This document shows positions 36,390-49,029 of a stretch of 64,000 nucleotides of DNA, in pieces. The notes under the pieces are model-generated. The model was not told the origin of the DNA, ran no database searches, and worked only from the letters and a program-made list of their open reading frames with translations. Position numbers and translations under genes: made by a program. How positions within the stretch are numbered: the first letter of the stretch is position 1; each line of letters starts with the position of its first letter. This DNA is from Mobula hypostoma (Eukaryota). The stretch is taken from assembly GCF_963921235.1 (NCBI RefSeq), contig NC_086097.1, positions 253,024,001 through 253,088,000 of the forward strand. Reading direction: 5' to 3'.

Positions 36390-39199
36390 GCCTGAAGGCT
36401 TTGTGTGTCAATGCAAGGAGCATTCGTAATAAGGTGAATTGAAAGTGTAGATTGTTATTAATGATTATGATATAGTTGGGATCACAGAGACATGGCTCCA
36501 GGGTGACCAAGGATGGAAGCTCAACGTTCAGGGATATTCAATATTCAGGAGGGATAGACATGAAAAAAGGGGAGGTGGGGTGGCGTTGCTGGTTAAAAAA
36601 GAGATTAACGCAATAGAAAGGAAGGACATAAGCCGGGAAGATGTGGAATCGATATGGGTAGAGCTGCGTAACACTAAGGGGCAGCAGACGCTGGTGGGAG
36701 TTGTGTACAGGCCACCTAACAGTAGTAGTGAGGTCGGAGATGGTATTAAACAGGAAATTAGAAATGTGTGCAATAAAGGAACAGCAGTTACAATGGGTGA
36801 CTTCAATCTACATGTAGATTGGGTGAACCAAATTGGTAAAGGTGCTGAGGAAGAGGATTTCTTGGAATGTATGCTGGATGGTTTTTTGAACCAACATGTC
36901 GAGGAACCAACTAGAGAGCAGGCTATTCTGGACTGGGTTTTGAGCAATGAGGAAGGGTTAATTAGCAATCTTGTCATGAGAGGCCCCTTGGGTAAGAGTG
37001 ACCATAATACGGTGGAATTCTTCATTAAGATGGAGAGTGACATAGTTAATTCAGAAACAAAGGTTCTAAACTTAAAGAGGGGTAACTTTAAAGGTATGAG
37101 ACGTGAATTAGCTAAGATAGACTGGCAAATGACACTTAAAGGATTGACGGTGGATATGCAATGGCAAGCATTTAAAGGTTGCATGGATGAACTACAACAA
37201 TTGTTCATCCCAGTTTGGCAAAAGAATAAATCAAGGAAGGTAGTGCACCCGTGGCTGACAAGAGAAATTAGGGATAGTATCAATTCCAAAGAAGAAGCAT
37301 ACAAATTAGCCAGAGAAAGTGGCTCATCTGAGGACTGGGAGAAATTCAGAGTTCAGCAGAGGAGGACAAAGGGCCTAATTAGGAAGGGGAAAAAAGATTA
37401 TGAGAGAAAACTGGCAGGGAACATAAAAACTGACTGTAAAAGCTTTTATAGATATGTAAAAAGGAAAAGACTGGTAAAGACAAATGTAGGTCCCCTACAG
37501 ACAGAAACAGGTGAATTGATTATGGGGAGCAAGGACATGGCAGACCAATTGAATAATTACTTTAGTTCTGTCTTCACTAAGGAGGACATAAATAATCTTC
37601 CAGAAATAGTAGGGGACAGAGGGTCCAGTGAGATGGAGGAACTGAGCGAAATACTTGTTAGTAGGGAAGTGGTGTTAGGTAAATTGAAGGGATTGAAGGC
37701 AGATAAATCCCCAGGGCCAGATGGTCTGCATCCTAGAGTGCTTAAGGAAGTAGCCCAAGAAATAATGGATGCATTAGTGATAATTTTTCAAAACTCGTTA
37801 GATTCTGGACTAGTTCCTGAGGATTGGAGGGTGACTAATGTAACCCAACTTTTTAAAAAAAGGAGGGACAGAGAAACCGGGGAATTATAGACCGGTTAGC
37901 CTAACGTTGGTGGTGGGGAAACTGCTGGAGTCAGTTATCAAAGATGTGATAACAGCACCTTTGGAAAGCGGTGAAATCATCGGACAAAGTCAGCATGGAT
38001 TTGTGAAAAGAAAATCATGTCTGACGAATCTCATAGAGTTTTTTGAGGATGTAACTAGTAGAGTGGATAGGGGAGAACCAGTGGATGTGGTATATTTGGA
38101 TTTTCAAAAGGCTTTTGACAAAGTCCCACACAGGAGATTAGTGTGCAAACTTAAAGCACACGGTATTGGGAGTAAGGTATTGATGTGGATGGAGAATTGG
38201 TTAGCAGACAGGAAGCAAAGAGTGGGAATAAACGGGACCTTTTCAGAATGGCAGGCGGTGACTAGTGGGGTACCGCAAGGCTCAGTGCTGGGACCCCAGT
38301 TGTTTACAATATATATTAATGATTTGGATGAGGGAATTAAATGCAGCATCTCAAAGTTTGCGGATGACACGAAGCTGGGTGGCAGTGTTAGCTGTGAGGA
38401 GGATGCTAAGAGGATGCAGAGTGACTTGGATAGGTTGGGTGAGTGGGCAAATTCATGGCAGATGCAATTTAATGTGGATAAATGTGAAGTTATCCACTTT
38501 GGTGGCAAAAATAGGAAAACAGATTATTATCTGAATGGTGGCCGATTAGGAAAAGGGGAGGTGCAACGAGACCTGGGTGTCATTATACACCAGTCATTGA
38601 AAGTGGGCATGCAGGTACAGCAGGCAGTGAAAAAGGCGAATGGTATGCTGGCATTTATAGCGAGAGGATTCGCGTACAGGAGCAGGGAGGTACTACTGCA
38701 GTTGTACAAGGCCTTGGTGAGACCACACCTGGAGTATTGTGTGCAGTTTTGGTCCCATAATCTGAGGAAAGACATCCTTGCCATAGAGGGAGTACAAAGA
38801 AGATTCACCAGATGGATTCCTGGGATGGCAGGACTTTCATATGAAGAAAGACTGGATGAACTGGGCTTGTACTCGTTGGAATTTAGAAGATTGAGGGGGG
38901 ATCTGATTGAAACGTATAAAATCCTAAAGGGATTGGACAGGCTAGATGCAGGAAGATTGTTCCCGATGTTGGGGAAGTCCAGAACGAGGGGTCACAGTTT
39001 GAGGATAAAGGGGAAGCCTTTTAGGACCGAGATTAGGAAAAACTTCTTCACACAGAGAGTGGTGAATCTGTGGAATTCTCTGCCACAGGAAACAGTTGGC
39101 AGAGAAAGTTCATTGGCTATATTTAAGAGGGAGTTAGATATGGCCCTTGTGGCTACAGGGATCAGGGGTTATGGAGGGAAGGCTGGGGCGGGGTTCTGA
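36390..39199 (+). pseudogene. CR1 ORF2 (APE endonuclease + reverse transcriptase), disrupted
   Basis: 4-nt deletion and CAG>TAG at ~36435-36450 relative to the 11 kb copy; frameshift at the A-run ~37854-37861; ORFs 36580-37890 and 37907-39199. Confidence 0.92.
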
Positions 39200-39547
39200 G
39201 TTGGATGATCAGCCATGATCATAATAAATGGCGGTGCAGGCTCGAAGAGCAGAATGGCCTACTCCTGCACCTATTTTCTATGTTTTTATGTTTCTATAAT
39301 GATAAACATCTGGGCAGCTGTCCTCAACATAATGACAAACATCCACACAGTTGTCCCCAACATGATGACAAACATCTGGCCAGTTGTCACCCACCTAACG
39401 ATAAACATCTGGGCAGCTGTCCTCAGCATGACGAACATCTGGACAGTTGTTGTCAACATGATGATAAACCGCTGACATTTAATTGGGTCTGTAGGGAGAA
39501 ACTCTTTCGGAATTATAATCCAAACCTTCTTGGGGTAGAACTCAAAC

Positions 39548-40080
39548 CAGAATCAGAATGAGGTTTAATATCAGTGGTGCATGCTGTGAAATTTGTTGTA
39601 TAGTTGACGCAGCACATTGCAATATATAATAATAAAAATTATAAATTACAAAAAGAAATATATATAACAAAATTAAATTAAATAAGTAGTCCAAAAAGAA
39701 GAGCAAAAAATTGTGAGGTAGTGTTTACGGGTTTGTTGTCCATTCAGAAATGTGATAGCAGAGGAGAAAAAGCTGTTCCTGAAACGTTGAGTGTGTGTCT
39801 TCAGGCTCCTGTACCTCCTCCCTGATGGCAGCAATGAGAAGAGGGCAGGTCCTGGGTGATGCTGCCTTTTTGAGGCATCACCTTTTGAAGATATGTTCAA
39901 TAGCAGGGAGACTGGTGCCCATGATGGAGCTGACTGAGTTTACAACTCTGTGCAGCTTTTTCCAGTCCTGTGCAGTGGCCTCTCCGTGCCAAGTGGTAAC
40001 AATGTCTGTTAGATTGCTGTCCACGTGCATCTGTAGAAATTTGCAAGTGTTTCTGGTGATGTACCAAATCTTCTCAAGCT
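39548..40080 (-). mobile_element. Rex1/Babar-type LINE 3' fragment
   Basis: 'HHPGPALFSLLPSGRRYRSLKTHTQRFRNSFF'; (attctg)n tail. Confidence 0.75.
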
Positions 40081-40714
40081 CCAGAAACCAGGTAGGTGGT
40101 TAAATAACTTGACAACATGTCAGTATCATTCACCTACTCCAAAGCACCTTACACTCTATACTCAGTGCCTCTCTGACATAGTTCTGTACTTTTCTGAAAC
40201 ATCTGGGCTCCCAGTGATTGCAGTTTTTACATTTTTCTCAGATAGATCATTTCACCTTCCTCTAGACTCAAAGCCTCTCACTTCCACATGTGCCAGATGG
40301 TGCAATGTGACATAGTAGAGGATAATAACACACTCCCTTCACACTAATGAGAAACTGTCTATAAAATGTATGCCAAATATCTAATAACTTCAGCCAACCA
40401 CAAGGACGCTCTCTAAGACACTAGAGGATAATTTATCGCTTGTGCAGCCAAATGTATGAAATTTTGTCAGTGCTGGAACCAAAACTCAAACAGATCTAAC
40501 ACTGAGGATGAATTACAAATACAGACAATAATCTCAAGTGTTCAATCGGAGAAATACAGCTACCTTCTTATTCTCTATCGTCGTTCAGAGGTCTAGATCA
40601 GAGCTCGACCATCGGTCAGAAGTTGGTCCAATAGCAGGAGCCCCGAGTTCCATGAATCCACTGGGGATGCTCAATGGTTTCAGAAGATTTGGCACAACAT
40701 CCAAACCTTTACAA

Positions 40715-41315
40715 TCTTCTATGGATGAGTGGTGGAGAGTATATTAATCACAGTCTGCTATGGAAATACCGATGCCATTGAATGGAAAATGCTACCAGTC
40801 CATCACAGGTAAAGCCTCCCCCACCATTGAGCACATCTACATGGAGCGCTGTCTCAGGAAAGCAGCATCCACCATCCAGGAACTGCTCTCCCTCTCGCTG
40901 CTGTCATCAGGAAGGAGCCTCAGGACTCACACCAGCAGGTTTAGGAACAATTATTACCTCTCAAACATCAGGCTCTTGTACAAGAGGGATAAGTTCACTC
41001 ATCATTATCACTGAATTGATTCCAGAACCTATGGATTCACTTTCAATGACACTTCATCTCATGTTCTTGGAGTTTTTTTAAATTTTGTATTTGCACAGTC
41101 TGGTGCCTTTTGCACAATGGTTGTTCATCTGCCCTGATTCTATCTTTCAATGATTCCATCATGCTTCTATCATGCTACCATCCGCCCTGTTGGATGTTGT
41201 CTTTCAATGATTCCATCATGCTTCTTGGATTTACTGAGTATGCCTGCAAAAAAAACAAGTCTCAGGGTTGCATATTGACTTATATGCACTTTGACAATAA
41301 ATTTACTTTGAACTT
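40715..41315 (+). mobile_element. Rex1/Babar-type LINE 3' fragment
   Basis: 'PTIEHIYMERCLRKAAS...RTHTSRFRNNYY'; AATAAA and tail. Confidence 0.7.
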
Positions 41316-41916
41316 GGAAGTTGAAGATCCTATGTCTGTGGCTCCACAAGTCTGCTGGAGGTTGGAGGCTGAAATAAATCCGAATCTGAATCTTGACAAC
41401 AAGAAGTTCAAGTTTATTGTCACCTGACTGTACATCTATACAATCAAACAAAACCACATTCCTCCAGACCTTTGAGACAGAAGAAAGGAACTTCTAGGCC
41501 AGCTGATTTGACTTCAGTGATTGGGAAGATGGAGGTTAATAGGTTTTTGATTAATGGGGAGAAGGCAGGTGAATGAGATTGAGAAGGATATTAAATCAGA
41601 CCTGATGAAATGGTGGATCGGATTTGATGGGCCAAATGGCCTAATTCTGCTCCTATGTCTTATGGCTTTATGGACTCATGCACTTACTAATCAAAAACCT
41701 CTGCTTTAAATATATCCAATCAGTTAGCCTCCACAGCTGACTGCGGCAATAAATTCCACAGATTCACTACACACTGGCTACAGAAATTCCTGCTCATCTG
41801 TGTCCTAAAAGAATGCCCCTCTATTCTGAGGCTATGCCCTCTGGTCCTAGACTCCCCACTATAGCAATCGTCTTAAAAATGAGAAAATCTTCAGATGCTG
41901 GAAATCCAAAGCAAAA

Positions 41917-41952
41917 GGTCTGGATGAAGGGTCTTGGCCTGAAACGTCGACC
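41917..41952 (+). ncRNA. Degenerate minimal hammerhead motif in a Penelope terminal fragment
   Basis: GGTC-TGGATGA-A-GGG-TCTTGG-CCT-GAAA-CGTC-GACC; stem I GGUC/GACC; core altered. Confidence 0.6.
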
Positions 41953-42154
41953 GTTTACTCTATTACATAGATGCTGCCTGGCCTGCCGAGATCCTGCACC
42001 GTTTAGTGTGTGTTGCATAGAAAACATCTTCTCCACACTCTAGACTTTTTAACATTCGATAGGTTTCAATGAGGTTCCCCCTCATTCTTCTAAACTCCAG
42101 CAAGTACAAGTCAAGAGCCACCGAATGTTCTTATCTTTAACACTTTCGCCCTTT

Positions 42155-42534
42155 TCATCATCATCATTTTGTGCCATGTCATATGACATTGGCAATCATG
42201 GTTTTTCCATGACCATGATTGTTCTTGGCAGATTTTTCTACAGAAGTGGTTTGCTATTGTCTTCTTCTGGGCAGTGTCTCTACAAGACGGGTGACCCCAG
42301 CCCTTATCAATACTCTTCTGACATTGTCTGCCTGGCGTCAGTGGTCGCATAACCAGAACTTGTGATCTGCACCAGCTGCTCATACGACCACCCACCACCG
42401 GCTCCCAAGGCTTTACGAGACCCTGATTGGGGGACAAAGCAGGTGCTACACCTCGCCCGAGGGGATGACCTGCAGGTTAGCGAAAGGAAGGAGTGCCGTA
42501 CACCTCTTTGGTAGATATGATTCTCCACCTCACC
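42155..42534 (-). mobile_element. Non-autonomous RTE-related short element (copy 2)
   Basis: Colinear with 942-1339; (TCA)n tail. Confidence 0.65.
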
Positions 42535-42934
42535 ACACACTCCCTGTACCCTGGGCAAAAACAAGTGCTTTTGTCTCTCAATGTTGGTGCTGCAGTGATT
42601 CAGTGTAAAGCCACCTCAGTATCAAGTTGAAGTTTAATTGTCATTCAACCATACACAGGAATACAGACAAACAAAACAGTGTTCCTCTGGGACCACGGTG
42701 CAAAGCACAGAACCAACCTCCTCACACAGCACACGATAGCAGGAAGAGATACACTTACAAAAAACAAATCAAACCTAAGTCCTCGGGTGTCATGGCCCAA
42801 CGGGAGGGGCCATTGTTGCTGTCTCTCTGACATAAAGTAACTTCATATTAAATTGTAAAAGTTTTCCCCTCACATTAACAGCATAATACCATCAGATTTA
42901 TGTTTTTGATGTCAACTTTTGACATTTTAAATAA

Positions 42935-43408
42935 AGTTGCTGTTGTGTGCTGGGGCAGCAGGCTGAGGGTAGCAGACACCAACAGAATCAACAAACTCAT
43001 TTGTAAGGCCAGTGATGTTGTGGGGATGGAACTGGACTCTCTGACGGTGGTGTCTGAAAAGAGGATGCTGTCTAAGTTGCATGCCATCTTGGACAATGTC
43101 TCCCATCCACTACATAATGTACTGGTTGGGCACAGGAGTACATTCAGCCAGAGACTCATTCCACCGAGATGCAACACAGAGCGTCATAGGAAGTCATTCC
43201 TGTCTGTGGCCATCAAACTTTACAACTCCTCCCTTGGAGGGTCTGACACCCTGAGCCAATAGGCTGATCCTGGACTTATTTCCAAGCATAATTTACATAT
43301 TACTATTTAACTATTTATGGCTTTATTACTATTTAATTATTTATGGTGCAACTGTAACGAAAACCAATTTCCCCTGGGATCAATAAAGTATGACTATGAC
43401 TATGACTA
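42935..43408 (+). mobile_element. Rex1/Babar-type LINE 3' fragment
   Basis: 'AVVCWGS...RINKLICKA...ILDNVSHPLH...TERHRKSFL'; AATAAA plus (tatgac)n tail. Confidence 0.8.
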
Positions 43409-43723
43409 ATCCGTTCAAAGTCGAAGTCAAGTCAAAGTAAATTTACTATCAAAATACAAAGATTCAAACATTGAAAGTACATTTATTACCAAGGTATGTA
43501 TACAGAATGTAACTCTGAGATTCAGCCTCCCACAGGCATCCCCGAAACAAAGCACCATGGGACCTGTTCAAGAAAACATCAAACAACCAGCGTGCGAAGA
43601 AAAAGAATAAATTGGCCAAACGGCAAAATGGGAGCGAACAACACATCGAATATCAAAAGCAACACACACAAAATTCTGGAGGATCTCAGCAGACCAGGCA
43701 GCACCTATGGAAAAGAGTAACCT

Positions 43724-43760
43724 GCTGATGTTTCAGGCCGAGACCCTTCATCAGGACTGG
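43724..43760 (-). ncRNA. Minimal hammerhead motif (core intact, stems I/III decayed)
   Basis: Minus strand CAGTC-CTGATGA-A-GGG-TCTCGG-CCT-GAAA-CATC. Confidence 0.65.
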
Positions 43761-44351
43761 AAAGGAAGGGCAGAGTCAGTCTAAGAAGGTGGGGGGAGGG
43801 GAGGAAGGAGTACAAGTTGGCGGGTAAAACCGGGCAAGGGGGACGGGTGAAGTAAAGAACTGGGAAGTTGATTGGTGAAGGAGAAGGGGGAATCTGATCG
43901 GAGAGGGCAGTAGGTCGTGGAAGAAAGGGAAGGGCGAGGAGAACCAGAGCGCGGTGATGGGAAGGTAAGAAGATAGAATCAAAAGGGTAACAGGAATGGG
44001 GAATGGTGAAGCAGGGGGTGGGGGGGTCAATTGCCAGAGGTTTGTGAAATCAATGTTCATGCCATCAGGTTGGAGGCCACCCAAAGGGGGAGACAAGTTG
44101 TTGCTCCTCCAACCTGAGTGTGGTCTGATCGTGGCAGCAGAGGAGACCATGGACTGATATGTCAGAATGGGAATGGGAAGTGGAATTAAAATACGTGACC
44201 ATTGGAAGATCCCACTTTTTCTGGTTGATGGAGTGTAGGTGCTCGGCAAAGTGGTCTCCCAATCTACGTCAGGTCTCACTGATATACAGGAGGCCACACC
44301 GGGAGCACCAGACACAATATATGACCCCGACAGACTCACAGGTGAAGTGTC

Positions 44352-46362
44352 ATAGAGACATAGAACATAGAAAACCTACAGCACGATACAGGCCCTTTGG
44401 CCCACAATACTGTGTCGAACATGTACTTACTTTAGAAATTACCAAGGGTTACCCATAGCCCTCTATTTTTCTAAGCTCCATGTACCTATCCAGTAGTCTC
44501 TTAAAAGCCCCTATCGTATCCGCCTCCACCACTGCCGCCGGCAGCCCATTCCATGCACTCACCACTCTCTGTGTAAAAACCTTACCCGACATCTCCTCTG
44601 TACCTACTTCCAAGCACCTTAAAACTGTGTCCTCTCATGTTAGCCATATCAGCCCTGGGAAAAAGCCTCTGACTATCCACATGATCAATGCCTCTCATCA
44701 TCTTATACACCTCTATCAGGTCACCTCTCATCCTCCAGCCCCAAGGAGAAAAGGCCGAGTTCACTCAACCTTTTCTCATACGACATGCTCCCCAATCCAG
44801 GCAACATCCTTGTAAATCTCCTCTGCACCCTTTCTATGGTTTCCACATCCTTCCTATAGTGAGATGACCAGAACTGAGCACAGTGCTCCAAGTGGGTTCT
44901 GACCAGGGTCCTATACAGCTGTAACATTACCTCTTGGCTCTTAAACTCAATCACACAGTTGATGAAGGCTAATGCACCTATGCCTTCTTAACCTTGACCT
45001 ACCAAAATAAACCACCTCACACTTATCTGTGTTGAACTCCATCTGCCACTTCTCAGCCCAGTTTTGCATCCTATTGATATCCTGCTGTAACTTCTGACAG
45101 CCCTCCACACTATCCACAACACCCCCAACCTTTGTGTCATCAGAAAATTTACTAACCCATCCCTCCACTTCCTCATCCAAGTCATTTATAAAAACCACAA
45201 AGAGCAGGGGTCCCAGAACAGATCCCTGAGGCACACCACTGGTCACCGACCTCCATGCAGAATATGACCCGTCTACAACCACGCTTTACCTTCTGTGGGC
45301 AAGCCAATTCTGGATCCACAAAGCAAGGTCCCCTTGGATCCCATGCCTCCTTACTTTCTCAATAAGCCTTGTATGGGGTACCTTATCAAATGCCTTGCTG
45401 AAATCCATATACACTACATCTACAGCTCTACCTTCATGAATGTGTTTAGTTATATCCTCAAAAAATTCAATCAGGTTCGTAAGGCATGACCTGCCTTTGA
45501 CAAAGTCATGCTGACTATTCCTAATCATATTATGCTTCTCCAAATGTTCATAAATCCTGCCTCTCAAGATCTTTTCTATCAGCTTTCCAACCACTGACGT
45601 AAAACTCACTGGTCTGTAATTTCCTGGGCTATCTCTACTCCCTTTCTTGAACAAGGGAAAAACATCTGTAACCCTCCAATCCTCTGGAACCTCTCTCATC
45701 CCCATTGATGACGCAAAAATCATCGCCAGAGGCTCAGCAATCTCCTCCCTCCCCTCCCACAGTAGCCTGGGGTACATCCCATCCAGTCCCGACGGCTTAT
45801 CCAACCTGATGCTTTCCAAAAGCTCCAGCACATCCTCTTGTGTAATGTCCATATGCTCATGCTTTTCAATCTGCTGTAAGTCATCCCTACAATCGCCAAG
45901 ATCCTTTTCCGTAGTGAATACTGAAGCAAAGTATTCTTTAAGTACCTCTGCTATCTCCTCCTATTCCATACACACTTTTCCACTGTCACATTTGATTGGT
46001 CCTGTTCTCTCACGTCTTATCCCCTTGCTCTTCACATACTTGCAGAATGCCCTGGAGTTTTCCTTAATCCTGTCCACCAAGGCCTTCTCACGACCCCTTC
46101 TGGCTGTCCTAATTTCATTCTTAAGTGCCTTCCTGCTAGCCTTATAATTTTCTAGATCTTTATCAGTACCTAGTTTTTTGAACCTTTCATAAGCTTTCCT
46201 TTTCTTCTTGACTGGATTTTTTACACCATTGTTCCTGTACCCTACCATCCTTTCCCTGTCTCATTGGAACGTACTTATGCAGAATGCCACACAAGTATCC
46301 CCTGAACATTTGCCACATTTCTGCCGTACATTTCCCTGAGAATGTCTGTTCCCAATTTATGC
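44352..46362 (-). mobile_element. 5'-truncated CR1 LINE
   Basis: ORFs 45961-46248, 45286-45852, 44947-45282 and 44721-44954; same subfamily as 28.5 kb and 33 kb copies. Confidence 0.92.
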
Positions 46363-47243
46363 CTCACCTGGAAGGACTCTCTGGGGCTTGAATGGTAGTG
46401 AGGGAGGAGTTGTAAGGGCAGTTGTGGCATTTATTCTACTTGCAAGGATAAGTGCCAGCAGGGAGATCAGTGGGGAGGGGTGAGGGGACAAGGGAGTCAC
46501 ATAGGGAACGATCCCTGCAGAAAGTGGAAAGTGGCAGGAGGGGAAGATGTGTTAAAGATCAACTTTGCAACTAGTAACACTTGCATGTGATTCAAAAAAC
46601 AGTGATTTTTGTCACTGATCGTTGTCGGGAAATAAGCCATAAGACAATTTGAAACTGTTTTTCTCACTGTGGTTTCAAGCATTCAGGCTTGGAGATTCCA
46701 GAAATGGACAGGAGTGAAAATGAAACAATTCCACAACTTCTGCAAGTTTGGAACTATGAAAAATTTGAAGGTATCAACAATCATCTTGAATGGAACAATC
46801 GTCAAAAGCATTGTTTAAAGGCAGTCCACAATCTGCACCTCGGTGTCTGCACTGATTTTGTTCAAAGTTCAAAGCATAAAGTAAATTTTATTATCAAAAT
46901 ACATATATATCATCATACACAACCGTGAGATTAATTTTCCTGTGGGTATACTCAGCAAATCTATAAAATAGTCACTATTACAGGATCAACAAAAGATCAC
47001 CCAGAGTGCAGAAAACAATAAACAGTAAATATAAATATAAGTAAATAGCAATAAATAACCAGAGTCCTGAAAGTGAGATCATTGATTGTGAGAACATCTC
47101 AATGGATGGGCAAGTGACTACCGTTATCCTCTCTAGTTCAAGAGCCTGATGGTTGAGGGGTGGTAACTGTTCTTGAAGCTGATGGTGCGAGTCCTAAGAC
47201 TTTTTCACCTTCTACCTGATGACAGCAGTGAGAAGACAGCATG

Positions 47244-47303
47244 TAAACACGAGGAATTCTGCAGATGCTGGAAATTCACTCAACACACATCAAAGCTGCT
47301 GGT
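47244..47303 (-). mobile_element. 60-bp Penelope terminal fragment insertion
   Basis: Exact 12-bp TSD GAAGACAGCATG (47232-47243 / 47304-47315); reverse complement of ~47617-47680. Confidence 0.8.
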
Positions 47304-47376
47304 GAAGACAGCATGGCCTGGATTGTGGGGATCCCTGATGATGGATGCTGCTTTCCTAAGACTGCACTTCATGTAG

Positions 47377-47805
47377 GTGTTGGGCATATAGCCAGTGTAA
47401 GGCGTGCGTCTAGCGATTTGAAGGTCACTAGTTCGAGCCTCAGCTGTGGCAGCGTGTTTGTGTCCTTGAGCAAGGCACTTAATCACACACATCAAAGTTG
47501 CTGGTGAACGCAGCAGGCCAGGCAGCATCTCTAGGAAGAGGTACAGTCGACGTTTCAGGTCTCGGCCTGAAACGTCGACTGTACCTCTTCCTACAGATGC
47601 TGCCTGGCCTGCTGCGTTCACCAGCAACTTTGATGTGTGTTGCTTGAATTTCCAGCATCTGCAGAATTCCTGCTGTTTGCACTTAACCACACATTGCTCT
47701 GGTCTGTGCGAGGAGTGGCGCCCCACACAGACTTCCAATCTGCACCTTGTAAGGCATGAAAATGCCCGACGCAGGCCTCTCATGGTCTGAGTCGACGTTC
47801 CCCCC
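47377..47805 (+). mobile_element. tRNA-derived SINE with CORE-like domain, interrupted by a palindromic Penelope insert
   Basis: B box AGTTCGAGCC; 'gtgtccttgagcaaggcacttaa'; TSD TCATGTAG (47369-47376 / 47806-47813). Confidence 0.85.
47485..47640. repeat. Long inverted repeat: 75-bp arms, 6-nt loop, 1 mismatch
   Basis: 47485-47559 is the reverse complement of 47566-47640; loop TCTCGG. Confidence 0.95.
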
Positions 47806-49029
47806 TCATGTAGATGTGCTCAGTGGTTGGGATGGCTTTACAGCAGGAATTCTGCAGATGTACTATGTCAAATCCACTACCTTTTGTAGGACTTTTTGTT
47901 CAAGGGCATTAGTGTTTCTATACCAAGCTGTGATGCAGCCAGTCAATATACTCTCCACTACACATCTATAGAAGTTTGTCAGAGTTTTAGATATCATGCC
48001 AAATCTCTGCAGAGGTGCTCCTGTGCTTTCTTCGCAATTGCACTTGTGTGCTGGGTCCAGGACATCAAATAGTAACGCACAGGAATTTAAAGTTGGTAAC
48101 TCTCTCCACCTCTGATCCTCTGATGAGGACTGGTTCTCGTTTCTCTCTCCTGAAGTCTATAATTAGTTCCTTGGTCTTACTGATATTGAGTGAGAGGTTG
48201 TTGTACGACTCCACCCAGCCAGATTTTCCATCTCCCTTTCGTATGCTAATTCATCACTACTTTTTGATTTGGCCTACAAGAGTGACGTCATCATATATAT
48301 ATAAGTGGATACTGTATAAATGAATATATATATTACAAGTTGTAATTTACAGCTTTTTTATTCCTATGTATTGCAATGTACTGTTGCTGCAAAACAACAA
48401 ATTTCACAACATATGCCAGATATTAAACCTGATTCTGACTTCACTATTTTAAAGACTGCCTTTAAGGACTGGTGTGCTTTCTATCCGCTCCAGCTGCCCT
48501 TAGCCTGCTGCCTGCTCCTCGGTCCGGCCCAATCTCTGCTTGCAGTTCACCCACTGCTGACTAATCAAGACCATCTTCCATTCGGTGAAAAGTTAGACTG
48601 TTATACTCTGGACTGCCTACCACAAAACCATGAACTGCGCCTCATTTATTTTTATTATGATCAGGGGAATAAGATTACTTAATTTTTAATACAAATTTTC
48701 AACTGATTTTGTAATTAGTAAGTTAACACGATTCCTAAAGAAAGCCTCACGTGAGAATGGGTCCAGATGTGTCATTATATTAAATAGAATTCAGAGAAAT
48801 TAGCCAACATTTTGGGATTTATAATAAGATGCAACGGGGATTGTGTTTCATTGGATTGCTTTCATATATATATTTATTGTGTTTTTTATTATGTTCTTTG
48901 TACTTATTCTGTTATTTTTATGCAAATTGAATCCAGAGTAACAATCTCCTTTGCACTTCTGTACTGAAGAACGACAATAAACAATCTTGAATCCCGAAGA
49001 TGGCTCAGTGTCTGCGGCTTGCTGGATTA

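Larger units (their letters stand above)
35062..39295 (+). mobile_element. Near-full-length CR1 LINE
   Basis: CpG-rich 5' UTR, ORF1, APE-RT ORF2, 3' UTR, (tttctatg)n tail; TSD ATAA (35058-35061 / 39296-39299). Confidence 0.96.
33049..39470. repeat. Degenerate 30-33-bp minisatellite split into three pieces by two CR1 insertions
   Basis: Unit (c)ataatgataaacatctggacagttgtccyca(a/g) at 33049-33069, 34962-35061 and 39296-39470. Confidence 0.85.
43640..46545 (-). mobile_element. Penelope-like element (GIY-YIG to pseudo-LTR), interrupted by CR1 at 44352-46362
   Basis: 'SVGVIYCVWCSRCGLLYISET*RRLGDHFAEHL'; 'GGLQPDGMNIDF'; sequence resumes at 46363; hammerhead core at 43724-43760. Confidence 0.82.
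46860..48290 (-). mobile_element. Decayed Rex1/Babar-type LINE hosting nested inserts
   Basis: 'YMKCSLRKAASIIRDPHNPGHAVF' continuing across the insertions; (ttgaac)n tail at ~46860. Confidence 0.65.

Noticed and set aside
39205..39561. His/Cys-rich repeat protein (DKHLGSCPQH)
   Set aside because: It is a read-through from the CR1 3' UTR into the 30-33-bp minisatellite.
40490..40715. Possible host exon in unique-looking sequence (also ~46600-46850, ~57950-58150)
   Set aside because: No recognisable protein similarity or convincing splice-site pair; RNA-seq would be needed.
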